Source: Podarcis muralis (taxonomy: Eukaryota). Taken from it: a stretch of DNA of 64,000 nucleotides. The DNA lies in NCBI RefSeq assembly GCF_964188315.1, contig NC_135660.1, positions 41,478,001 through 41,542,000 of the forward strand, in the 5' to 3' direction. Position 1 is the stretch's first letter; every line of letters starts with the position of its first letter. Both the position numbers and the translations under genes were made by a program. Shown in pieces: positions 43,083 through 55,013 of this stretch. The notes under the pieces are model-generated. The model saw nothing but the letters and a program-made list of their open reading frames with translations. It was not told the DNA's origin and made no database searches.

Positions 43083-46000
43083 TCAGGAGGCTGCCTCCTG
43101 TGCTGGCAGCGGCACCACTTCTGCTAGCCACAGCAGGTCCAGCTGTGCCACGTGCAACTGCTTCTGGTGGATGCGGCGCAGACGGAAGAGGTAGAGTCCA
43201 ATTGCAAGCATCACCACAAGAATGCACACAAAGAAAAGATAGTGGTTATAAACAAAGGAGAGACGGAGCCAAGGGCTGCGAGGTTGGTGGATGCTCTCCT
43301 GGCGGAGATCCCTGAAAAACAAAGAAAAATCAGTCTGAAGTTGAAATGTGAAGCTGTGCTAAGCTTGAATCTCTTGCAACTAGCAGACAAAGAAGCATTC
43401 CAGATACTGCAGTAAGTATGATTCCCAAATACCTGGCTTTTCTCAGGCCTATGCCCTACAGACCATTTGTAAATAGATGAGAGGTGTCAAAAACATAGGT
43501 TTTAGTTTTTTAACATTTAAGACATCATGTTGCCTACTGATAAAGGATCAACTTCCTTTTCATGCAGGCTCTGTGCTTCATTGAGAGTGCATTTGATGTC
43601 TCTCCCTTAGGTACCTCTTAAAAACATACCAGGTCTCTGCATGCATCTGCTTTCTCCTTTTCTGTTTTTTTCAGAAAAGCAGTGCTGGCAGATCACTTGC
43701 TTTCTCAAGTTTAAAAAATGAAACTTCGGACTTTAAACACAGGGTACTGAACTCTTCCATGTTTCAAGATCAATCCTATGCATGCTTATTGAGAATAAGC
43801 CCTCCTCAGGTTGAACTCTGTGAAGCTTACTCCCAAGTTCACATATTAAGATGACCGAGCACTCTAATTAGGGCTAGAAAACCGGCATTTTACTCCTAGT
43901 CAAGCGCCATGGTCCAGTTCTTTACTGAAGACCTTGTTTGAAAGACTGATTCTGAAGTAACCAGAAGAACTCTACCACTCTTAAGATGAGAAAAGATGCA
44001 GTGGACAGCAATTTAGATTACCTGAGTGGCAGGAAGCGAGTTTTATAGAGAATGGCTCCCAGTGTCCATTGTACCTCACGATCATACACCAACTGGGCTG
44101 TGCGCAGACCAGAATAATCCTTGGGGAAATGAAAGCCTTCGTGCAGGACTTGGTGCATCCATGCTGATTTGAAGCACTGGTACCTGCAAGCAGAGCATAG
44201 AGACTCGATCACAAATATGCTGGGCTGAGGCTCATCAGTTGAGAAGACTGCTGGGGGGCAATCTTATCCCCACCCCTTCACCGTCCATGGAAGAAGAGTT
44301 AAGGACCAAGCACATTCTCTGTGAAAGGGAAGAATGGATTCTTACTTGACACGGTGCAGGTCTGCATGTGCTGAGTATAGATGGTCTCGGAACCTCTGGG
44401 TCAGTACGGACCAGCTCAGGCTGCAATAATCCTGGAAGGAGGCAAAAGACATGAGTGGGCACAGAAACAACACCCCCTATCCTGGCAAAGTGGTCACGTA
44501 TTCTAGAGTCACCTGGGCAGCGCGTGTGAACGTGGGCATGTGGTACAGTCCTCCCATGCGCAGCACATCTTCGGTGCAATAGTAGAATTCAGAGAACCCA
44601 TAGAATTCGCTGTTAACAAAGTCAATCGGTGCCTGATAGGTGTTGCGCAGAGAGACCGTGGTTCTGTTGTCTCCCGCCAGCAGGAGGCGCACTTGCTTCG
44701 CACACGACTGCCAGTCCCCCTGGCCCTTGATGTGCAGGGTCTGGCCGCCATGCTCCACAACATCCTCCAGTCCCACAGGCAGGCAGGGGTCCAAGACGGG
44801 CACCCCAGCATTTGCGCCGAGCTGCTCACCCTGCAACCTGCAATGAGAGCCTAAGCTTCAGGGTTGGGAAAACACAGACATCCCCAGCGGCAAGTTATGA
44901 TCGGTGAGTTCTTCTGTGCCACCCCGAAACAGGCTAGAGGACCATCAAAAACTTATCCCACTGATCTCATCACTCAGGGAGCCTGCCTCCTACAAATAAA
45001 CACACACAAAGAATGCCCTCTCCCAGGCTGCCACTCCTTGAACTTCTGGGGGCAGTGGAATCCAGAGTTGCCTTTAGAAACCTTTTGAAACCTGGCAGCA
45101 TGAGGACATCACCTGTTGTGGGTGGTGGTCTGATTCAGCACCAGCTCTTCATAGCGCTGTCGGGCGTAGTTGCCCCCAAAGCCCAGGAAGGTGCTGACGT
45201 AGACTCGGTACACGTGCTTCGTGTGTTGCATGTCACAGCCAAGGTTGAAATCAGCAAGCAGGCTCTTGGCAGCTTCCTCCTGTCGGTAGCAGAGGGGAGG
45301 GTGGCAGGGGGAGGGAGAGCGGGAGTAAGAAACAGGGCCCAACCTGGACCATAGCACATATTTCCTTCCCAAGCTACACACCTCCTGCGGGGAAGAGAAG
45401 GACGTGGAAGTCGGCACCTCATAGGCGATTTGCAGAGAGGCACCTCCCATGTCAAGGATCCCAACAGTCCTCTTTCGCACCAGGGTTTCTTCCTGGCCAG
45501 CCAGGGTCACAGAAATCACTGCATCTTCCTCTACAATCCCAGAGGGAGGGAGAGAAAGAGAAAGAGAGAGTTTCCAAAGCAATGGAAAAGGGAGATGGAA
45601 GATGGCACATCCCCATACCTCTTGGGCTGAACACTAGAAATGTCTAGGGTTTGATGGGGCAGAAGTTAGGGAAGAAGTGGGGATCAGCTCTAGTCTCTCT
45701 TGCTCACCTTCACTCCTGCTAAACTGCAGAATGGGAAGGGGCCTTAGTTCAGGTCATGTGGGAAAGCCAAATCTCCATTCCTGCTGGGAATCGAGCAAAC
45801 TGCTGGAGATTCCCTCCTTCAACAGGGAACTGAGCCAAAAGAGAAAACTTCTACCTACCCATTCAACTCCACTGTCCCTTTCCCGCAGTCTCACCTTCTT
45901 CGTGGTCAAATCTTCCCAATACAAAGTTGATGCCTATCCAAGAATAGACTCCTGGGAAATTGGGGGTGGGGGAAGAAAGAGAATCAAGAGCAGTGTTGGG

Positions 46001-49000
46001 TTCTTTGAAGGTACAGGACTTTGTATGATGCATAAGTAGCACCCTGTGAAGTTTGAGGGGAGGGAACAACCCCAAGGGACAGGCACCGCCAACAGCAAGT
46101 TAAGCTGGTGTAATAGCTAGCTAAACCCCCAGATCCTGTGCAGTGCTGCCTCACTACCTACCTTCCCTCCCCCCCTCGCCCTTTGCCAAACTCCCTAAGA
46201 AGGAGTAAGCGAGCCTTTCTGGCCCAACACCTACCTTCTTGCTTCCCAGAGATCACTTCTGCCTGAGATTCTGAGAAGAGGAAATCAAATTCCAAGGGCA
46301 CATCCCTCACCAGGTCCTGCAGGATGGCCGTCTGCTGCCTGCGAAGATCCACAAGCAGACAAACTGAGCAGCTCCCATTTCTTTGTACTGAAATATAATG
46401 AACTCCACTGCTCCTTTGCCAAATGGTCAAGATGTCTAAACAGCAGGCTCCACCTCATTTCAGAAACCCGTCCTTTTGTCCCCCTGTGCAAGTCACCCTT
46501 CTCACTTGGTCTCTTTCCAGCCACGAATCTGCAAACACTCACACAACTTCATAAGCAGGACTTAATTTTTAGCTCCACTTGGGGCGGAGATGACGCATTG
46601 CTCACTATCAAGTTAGGGAACCCTATGTGGGAATGTTGTGGATAGTAAGAGAGGATATATTGATTAAATATTATCCTTCCTCACTCACGTTAGTGAGCTA
46701 GTCTCCACCCCCATCGTTCAGCCCAGACGATGAGGTCCAGCGCTGAGGGCTTTCTGGCGGTTCCCTCACTGCAAGAAGTGAGGTTACAGGGAACCAGGAA
46801 GAGGGCCTTCTCGGTAGTGGTGCCCGCCCTGTGGAACACCTTGACATCTGAAGGCAGCCCTGTTTAGAGAAGTTTTTAATGTTTGAAGTTTTATTCTGTT
46901 TTTAATGTTCTGTTGAAAGCCACCCAGAGTGGGTGGGGAAACCCAGCCAGATGGGTGGGTAGAAATAATAAATTATTATAATTATTATTATTACTAGTAG
47001 CAGAGCACATTCCCTTGCACATTGCTGGAAGCTAGTTGATGGATTTGTTAGAATCATTTGAATTGAATTGTTCCTTGTAAATTTCCCCTTTAGTTCGCTC
47101 TTAAAAACAATAATGACATGACAGTCTTCTTTTAAAAGTAATGATAAAGTTTACTTACATTCAGTTCACAGTATTGTCCTGAAGGCAGGCTTTATTTTGT
47201 AGTCACAGTTACAGTTGTAGAGAAAAGAAGTCTGAGCTAGGCCTCAGACTTTCTACCTTGTGGCTTCCATCCTCTGTAAGGATGAGCCATGTGCTGCTGG
47301 CTAAGAGCCAGCAGAGGAGTTGCAAAAGAGCAGTGAAAGAGGAAGATGGCTGCATGACTGGCCCTTTTATAGGGTCTGCTAGGGTCACACCCATCTACCT
47401 GGTCGCACACAGGGAGGATGCTCCAGAGCAGGTATGACAGGAAGTCCTCCCTGTTTGGAGCAACATTCCCCTGTGTGTCCACTCTAGGAAACAGGAAATG
47501 TTGTATTTGACTGCTACAGTGAAGATACACCCCACACCCTGTCCCTTTCCACTTCAGGATGCAGGTCCATCTGTAGCTTCAAGAGGCCCAGCAGTTCCTG
47601 CTCCCCAGTCCCAAGCCTACTCTGCTCAGGTCTTGGAAAAATATAGCTCACTCACCAGTCAGGCAGCAGCCTCATTCCTGCAGTACACAAAATGTAGAGG
47701 GGAGTCTCTTTGTGCTTGGTACTGGGCACATAGGCAGCAGCAAAGCTGAGCAGCGGCCTGATGTAGTCACTAGCTTTGTCTGGAGTGGCTGCCAGAGTAG
47801 AGATCCCTGTACAATGAAAAGGGAATATTCCCTCAGCTGCCATCTCTACAGAACAACTCTGCCCACCTCCAGGTGCTTGGTGCTTGTGGGTTCACAGCCA
47901 CCAACAAAAAAGGCATTTGGAAATCTCCAAACCTGGCTTGATCTTCTTGACAACAGGCTGGCCGTTACGGTCTCGCATCTGCCGGATGTCCAGCAGGTCG
48001 TGCGGATTCCCATTGTGTGGTGGCCAAAAGTATACAAAGACCCGGGACCCACTGCTCCCACAATCAATAACCACCCCGTAATTCAGAGATGGGTTATTTG
48101 TGTCCGTTGCCTCCAAGGTATGAAACCGTTCCAGGTACCTGCAAGCGGAATGAGGAAGATTTGGAATTAAGAGACAGAGACCAGACCAGTCTTCACACCC
48201 CTAAAAGAAAAAGAAAAAGGCAGATCCAGCATTCCATAGAATGCCTGCTCTGCTCTTTCAGAGGCTGCTATTATTGCACAACAGCAATAATAGGAATTAC
48301 AGGAACACAAAATGCCTATATCACTTCTCCATAAATGCTTCAAGCAATGCTGACCCAGCATGTGCATCCAGTCCCTGCGGAGGCTCTCGTTCCCCCTTCT
48401 AGAAACCAGATGAAAGTTATTGGAATCCCCCTAGGCACTGGCTTCAGCTCCCCAGGAACCGGAGAACTGAAGCAGACATCCCAACCCACCCACTTTGTGC
48501 CATTTCATTGGTGCAATCAGAAAACAGGACTGAGAGACCACAGCATGTCCAGCCATTAAGAAGAAAGCTAACCAAATTAGTGGGTTTTGCAGATCCATTA
48601 GACAGAGAATTCATGCCACCTTAGTTCTTATTGATCCTGCTCCCCTTTCTTGTGCTAAAGGAAATTCTGGCTCAGTCAGCACAGCCTCTGCTGCTTCCCC
48701 CACCCTGCAGCAACAGCAGTGGAACAAAGCAAGGGTTTGAAGAAGGCCATGCCACAGCCAACTGCCATAGGGCCAAATGTTCCAACATCCTGACTTTTGC
48801 AGAAGAGGGCTTAGATTCCCTGGGCACTCAGCTAGAGCAGCAGCTCTCACAAATGCCACGCACCACCCAAGTATTCCAGTTGGATTTCCCCATGGACACA
48901 GGAGCCAAGAGATGCACAAATACAATTGCATCTTATCCAAGAGGGAGGAGAAGCCAGACCTATCACAGACAGAAGGTCAGGTCACAAAAGTTAAGGCATA

Positions 49001-52000
49001 AGCTGGTATATCAGTCTTTGTTTACATCTGTTAATCAGCATTCATGGAAGGAAGAAAGGGCAAAGGAAGAGGAGAAGCAGGAAGACCCAAGGCCTGCCAT
49101 GTGGTAGGACTACCACGGATGAGGCAGTGCCAAGCCCTCTAAACTGTGTCAGGTGGGACAAGAAGTTTATCAGAGTCTGAGTTCTAGAGGAGCCATTGAA
49201 TGTCACATTATCTGAGTACAGTAATTGGTAGTCTGTCCCAACAAGAAAATTCTGTCCAGTCCACATCACATTGAAAAAATAAAAGCCATGCAGCTAAATG
49301 CATCTTGTGGGATCAGCTCTGCTCTTGAAGGAAGAGGCACAAGCATTGGTCCCAAGGTCCAGCAATGAACCTGCTGATGGTAAGCTGGTGTGCATCTGAT
49401 GAATGGCTGGGGTAACCCAGCCAGATGAGCAGGGCATTATTATTATTATTGCCAGGATGGGCTCACCTGGGAATCCCATATATGCCACCTTGAGTTCCAT
49501 GATGAAAGAAAAGTAGGATATACATTCCATAATTAATAAATATATTTATTGCAGGATGTTATGCAAATAAATGCTGGATGTTACTGGATATTATGCAAAC
49601 AAAAGCTGCAGCAGAAATGCCCTTTTAAAATTAAAGGCAAGTTGCTACCTGCCATAAGGGAAGCTGAGAGAATGTATACAATGTGAATGTATAGTTTAGA
49701 GGAAATGTGAATTTAAAAGTAATTACCAGTCTCTCCTTTGGTCTGAAAATGACTTGTTTAAGGTGGTTGTCAAATGCAAATAGCTGGCTTTTGCCAAAAC
49801 ATTTACCCTACCTTTATCTTAATGGCCCATTTTAAAGTGATAACATCAACAAGTCTAGACTTGTTAATCTTATAAAGAACCACAGCTGGAGAGACCCTCT
49901 TTAGCATATCAAATAAAATTCTGGCTTCAGAGGAAGTACTGTCATTTTCCAGCAGACCATGAGAAGTCTGGTTCAGATTGAGGGATCCTAACTTAGAATC
50001 TTAAAACTATCCCCTTATTTCTTAAGATGCAACTGGGGGACAGGCAGTATTGCCTATAGAAAATCATCAGCTTTCATCCTTGACTTAAATAACTGTTCTT
50101 TGTCATCTTATGGACAGAAATGTAAATAATTACTTCCTAGTTTAGTAATTTTTAATTCTTAGTAGTCTGCCAAGCATATTTAACACCAATGAAGAACCAG
50201 TTAGTAATGTTAAGAAGTTTTGTTGTTGTTTTTTACCTTTTGTTTTCTTTATGAGTTGCTTGTTGTCTTTTATGCTTTCCTATCTCTCTGGTGTTATATT
50301 TATTGACAACTTCCTTTCTTTAGGAACAGCAGACTGGTGTTAATACTTCAAGTCACACATCTAGTCATTTTGAAATTTTACTCATCTTAAGAGGAGTGGG
50401 TATAGGGAAAAGTGAGGTGTCTGAAGTGGGAAGCCTCTTCTCCTCATGGCAGTTCCTTGTGCGATTTAGAAGTCTGCTAAATCAGGACTTCACACACAGA
50501 GAGAGAAAGAGAGAGAGAAAAAGCTCTGAACTTTGTACAGATGATGCTGTGGAGAGGGTTTGGCAGCACAGTTCTCCAGCTTCTCCTCACATGTTTGCTT
50601 ACATGTGAAGCCTGAATACCCAAACAGGGACTGTGTAAAAGAAGGTGGGCAAACCAGTTCAAGCAACTGCTTCTGTGCCAGATACCTCACACTTTCCAAC
50701 TGCAGAACACCAATTGGCAGCAGAATTGCCAGTCCCTGTGCAAACATACTGAAGAGCAATATATGCATGCGTTGGGCATCATTTAAGGACAAAACCCCTT
50801 CAAAATTTGGGACTTCCCAGCAATTAAACTTTGGTTCTTATGTTGACACGCTGACAGTCCTTCGTTCCCAACATTTCACTAAATGAAGAAAGCCAACAGC
50901 AGCCCTGTGAAAGCACTGCCCAGCAGGACTAGCACAGCATCTTCCTCCTTCCCCTCCAGCTTAAAAGGGTTTCAGCCTTTGTTGGTGGGAAAATGCCAGC
51001 TGAACTCAGTTCATGCGGCTTCTTCCCATCACTCCCATTTTGCTATTGGATGGGAACTGTGAAATATGCCCTGCCATTTCCTCTGCAGTTTTTTCCATCA
51101 AGCATCTCCTTTTCTACTGCTATATTTGTGTTACACAAAAAATGCAGAAATATATGCCCAATTTTGCAATCCAAGACCAAGATCGTAGAAGAACAGAGGG
51201 GAAAGGAGGGGGATAGAAGGACTTCGTGTGCCATAGAAACTGCCACCTTGTTTGGTGCCACTAACTCTCCCCTTCCCCCCAGTTTCCCCAGGAAACCAGA
51301 TTCTACATTATGCATAGCATGTGTAGCAGGGGTGAGGAACCTGTGTCCCCCCAGGTGGTGTTGGGACTCCCAGCTCTTGTTAGTAACAGTGACCATTGTC
51401 AATGGTCAGGAACAATGAGCCTTGTAGTCCAACAACATCTAGAGCAGGGGTAGCTACCCTTGGCTCTCCATATGTTGATGAACTTCAGTTCCCATCATCA
51501 CCAGCTATTGGTCATGTTAGCTAGGCATGATGGGATTTGGGAGTCCAACAACACCCAAAGTACAGAATAATCTTAGCTTTGATTAAAGGGCACACAGTAC
51601 TTTCTGACCCTGAAGACACCTAATATACACCATGCAGCGTAGCACTTTCCTTTAGGGTTGGTTTCATTTCATGCATAAACTAATTTGTTTTGCTGGACAA
51701 TTGCTTCCTTAAACCCATTTCCTTCAGCTCTCCTCTATTTTAGGCAGGAAAAAAATAATTATATCTGGCTTTATCTCACAAAGATGTGCAAAAAAGGTAT
51801 TTTGTGCTGCTGTACCTTACTTTAGAACATACTGTTTTTCAGAAGTCTGTTGGCTGCCCTAGCTGTCTCAGAGCAGTACTGTGCCGTATTCTTAACTAAT
51901 CTCTCTAAGCGTTTTGTAGGGTACAAAGTGGCCTTTTCGCCTATATGAACAAGCCATTTCAGAAGCTATTAATTTAGAATGCTTTGCTAAAGCTTAGCTA

Positions 52001-53724
52001 ACTTGGAAATACAAGCAATGGAAGTTGACTGACTCCTTTGAAAGCATCTTTTTGCCTTATCTCAGCATGCTTCATATGCCAGTGCAGTCACATTCACCCA
52101 CCTTTCAGACTGCCAGTCCCGAGAACTAGTTTTCCAACGCCATAGATTTGTGATTCCCACAAACAGCAAAATACTGGCTGCAACTAAGAGGCCCAGCAGG
52201 CCCAGCCGCTGACGGAGACAAAGGCTCACTGAAGGCACTGTGAAGTGCCAAGATGCTGGACACAGGCAGGAAAAACTGATCCTGGAAGAAGGGAGAAATC
52301 AGATTAAACAGTTGTTAAACGTCTAGCAAAGCCTCATCAGTCATCCACAGGTCCTTGCCAACAAAATGATCTTAGAAATCCAAGTGCTGAAGCTTCCAAC
52401 ACACACAGCTAAACCAGCATAGCCTACAGCTGGAAGTTTGGTACAGGAGGATCCTTCTTCCAAAGCAGCTGGGAATGTAACAAGGAGCAGACGGGACCCA
52501 TGTGAGTACCGAGTACTGCAGTCTTAAAAGGACATTTTAATGGCATTGGCAACCTTGCATCTAAACAAGCCAACTGAGTCAGCTAGCAATAGTTTGCAAT
52601 TAATCACCAACAATGCAAGCCTATGCATGTTCATTCAGAAGTACATCCTACTATATTCACTGGGCTTACTCCCTGGGATTGCAGCCATAATCATTAACAC
52701 AGCTTTGTGGAAGGGCACACACGAAGTGCATTGTACATTTTCAATCTTTCCTAACTTGCAGGTGAGCCTCTGCTACCCTGTTCTTCGTTCCCACTTCCCC
52801 TTTCCCAACCATTCATTTGGGACTTGAATAATAATGGGGTTAAAGTGCTGGGAAACAATCACAGATACTCTGCAGAGACAACGTGGAAACACTCAGGCTG
52901 CCCTTCTACCCTGCACCGATTAGCACCAAGCTGTGATCTTTGAACTTAAGTGGCTGCTAGCCAGGTTAGCTGTAACAGCAGAGGTTTTTAAGACATGCCA
53001 GCCTCACAGAGGGAGCAAGGGAAGAGGCTGACAGCGTCACTGTAACTAGGGTCATCAAGGGCAAGGGAGCAGAAGAGAAGGGTAGATAACGCTGTGTGTA
53101 TCCCACTCTCTGAGCGGCAAGAGAAGGTCGTGCCATGAGCACAAATCAAAAGGCAACGCCAAAGCTTTCAGGAAGAATCCCTGCAGCAAAGCAGTTCTAA
53201 ATGCAAAACCCTCTCCCAAAGCCATGCCGATCAACAAGCAATCTCGAACCCAGATCAGTGCTGGGCTATATCTCATTTTCAGATCAATAGATCTTTGTGG
53301 GATTCTTCACTTTCTTTGTTGGTCTCCCCCTGCGCTTGTGGGTCAGAGGTCTCAAACTCTAGACCCCAAGCAGTGGCGTAGCGTGGGTTGTCAGCACCCG
53401 GGGCAAGGCAAGTAATTTGCGCCCCCTAACCTGTGGATTTTAGCAGGGGGCAGAGAGCTGCGAGTGCGAGCGAGCGCCCCCAGATGTTGCGCCCGGTGCG
53501 GCCGGGCCCCCCTGCACCCCCCGCGCTACGCCACTGACCCCAAGGCTCCCACAGCGCACCTGCTCTCCCAGCGGCATCAAGGTGGCCACCGCCCTGCCTG
53601 GCAGCCGGGAAGCGACCCACGCCCATGGAGCAAGGAGGAGGAGGAGGAAGCCAGCAATGCTGGAAATGAGACCGTGTGGGTAATCCGGAGGGGGACCCGC
53701 GATCCCATCGCCTCACCTGGCCAT
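43083..53724 (-). CDS. ENTPD7: Ectonucleoside triphosphate diphosphohydrolase 7 (LALP1)
   Basis: Coding exons: 53724-53717 (ATG GCC AG), 52281-52102 (ISFSCLCPASWHFTVP), 48138-47933, 47806-47656, 46338-46235, 45951-45895, 45530-45382, 45279-45113, 44837-44513, 44431-44346, 44183-44022, 43311-43083. 1824 nt, 607 aa. Apyrase motifs VIDCGSSGSR, TAGMRLL, ISGKQEGVY, DMGGASLQ, WTLGA; two terminal TM segments. Non-coding exon 1 ends at 54116 (donor GTAAGT); exon 2 spans 53818-53717. Confidence 0.96.
46720..46992 (+). mobile_element. L2 LINE 3' fragment, same family as the 15845 copy, in ENTPD7 intron
   Basis: CAGGGAACCAGG..AGAGGGCCTTCTCGGTAGTGG is near-identical to the reverse complement of 16085-16125; it ends in GGGGAAACCCAGCCAGATGG and an (ATT)n tail. 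Confidence 0.8.
53371..53536. mobile_element. hAT-type MITE with perfect 8-bp TSD
   Basis: TIR CAGTGGCGTAGCG ... CGCTACGCCACTG; TSD ACCCCAAG at 53363-53370 and 53537-53544. Confidence 0.85.
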
Positions 53725-53956
53725 GTGCTCGCTCCACAGTCCGTCAGCTTCCAGTGCGGGTCCCGGGAGGAAGTAGCATCTCTTTCGGCTCCTCCAAGTT
53801 GCGGGATGATCCTGGACCCTGAAAAAGAAAGGAAGAGACGGAGTGGTTAAACCAGGGATCAGCGCCGACCACCTTCCCGCCTCTACCCCCTGAATGGGCC
53901 ACAAAATCGGTCCGTTAATTAATGGTCCGCATTTCATCTCATGCTGAGAGCAGCTT

Positions 53957-53960
<4 letters not shown>

Positions 53961-54010
<50 letters not shown>
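53961..54010. repeat. (GA)25 microsatellite in ENTPD7 intron 1
   Basis: Perfect dinucleotide run. Confidence 0.95.
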
Positions 54011-54011
<1 letters not shown>

Positions 54012-54115
54012 GCGCCTCTGGCCGCAGAGGAGGCTCCTCCGCCCGGCAGTGCCACGGTTCCCCTTCCACACAGGCAGCGCTCCTTTCCCCCCGCTTCCCC
54101 GGGGAGCCGACTTAC

Positions 54116-55013
54116 CGCTTCCTTCGCCCCGCGCTCGCCGTCCGGCGCCACGACTTCGTCGGCCCTTTGCTCCAGCCACGTCCCCAGGGCGACCGGGCTG
54201 GGCGGCAGCCAATGGCAGAGCCCGGGTAAGGTTGACGCAACGGAACCGAGTCGGCCTGGGCTCCGCCTCCCGCGGCGGGCAGCCAACCAGCTGCGCTTTC
54301 CGAAGGGCACGCCGCGCTGTCCAGGACGGGACCCGATACTCTCCTCAAGTGTCATTCAGTAATTTCCAACACGTCACAAGCTCTGAGCCAACCCGGCGAG
54401 GGTCATTCGGGCGGGTTTTCGTTACGTCATGCGTATATTGCCCAATTCGTAGGCCCAAGGGTGGCTTTTCAACGTACACCTCCTTCTTTTTTGTGGGCCT
54501 CGTCTTCGCCGGAACGCGCAGGCGCCCTGTTGCCCATTCGCAGCCTCCAGTCAACTCTCACACTACATGTTTGGTCCACCAATGTACAGGCATATTCTTC
54601 CCACGGCAACGTCATCACTGAAAGCAAGCCAACCAACATCCACAAACAAACCCCACGCACCATAGAAAACTGCGCAGCCTTATTACAAGCCTGTCACTTT
54701 GAACGGCAGGCATCGTAGCCAATAATTTTCTCCTTTTCCTCACGTATCTCGAATAAAGCGGGAAAGTAGCCAATCGGGTGAGGAACGAACGAAAGGTCAA
54801 AGAGGTATTGCCCAATATCCTCTCTGGATGGGCGGGAGACAGGACGGACGTTAGCCAATGAAAGCGAGCGTGAGTCGCAGCCTACCAATGGACATTGGCT
54901 CGGGGCGGCGCGAAAACCGTCCGCGGCCAATGAGTGACATCCATGGGCGGGGCGGACAGAGCGGGAGCCGCAGGACCGAGTGTGCAGCCCGCAACGGACT
55001 CGACGGCGGTGCC
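54116..55013. promoter_or_regulatory. Divergent ENTPD7/SLC25A28 promoter region with a CCAAT array
   Basis: CpG-rich. CCAAT at 54209, 54442, 54579, 54719, 54770, 54812, 54855, 54885, 54927; ATTGG at 54894; TGACGCAA 54233-54240; TTACGTCA 54422-54429; AAAGGTCA 54792-54799; GC box ~54945-54955. Confidence 0.75.

Noticed and set aside
48611-49107. ORFs of 109-158 aa within an ENTPD7 intron
   Set aside because: No recognisable homology and no fit to the gene's splice frame; the true exon 3 was found at 52281-52102.
54858-55013. In-frame upstream ATGs extending SLC25A28
   Set aside because: Three of these ATGs are part of CCAAT-G boxes in the probable promoter; the conserved MEL start at 55014 has a strong Kozak context.
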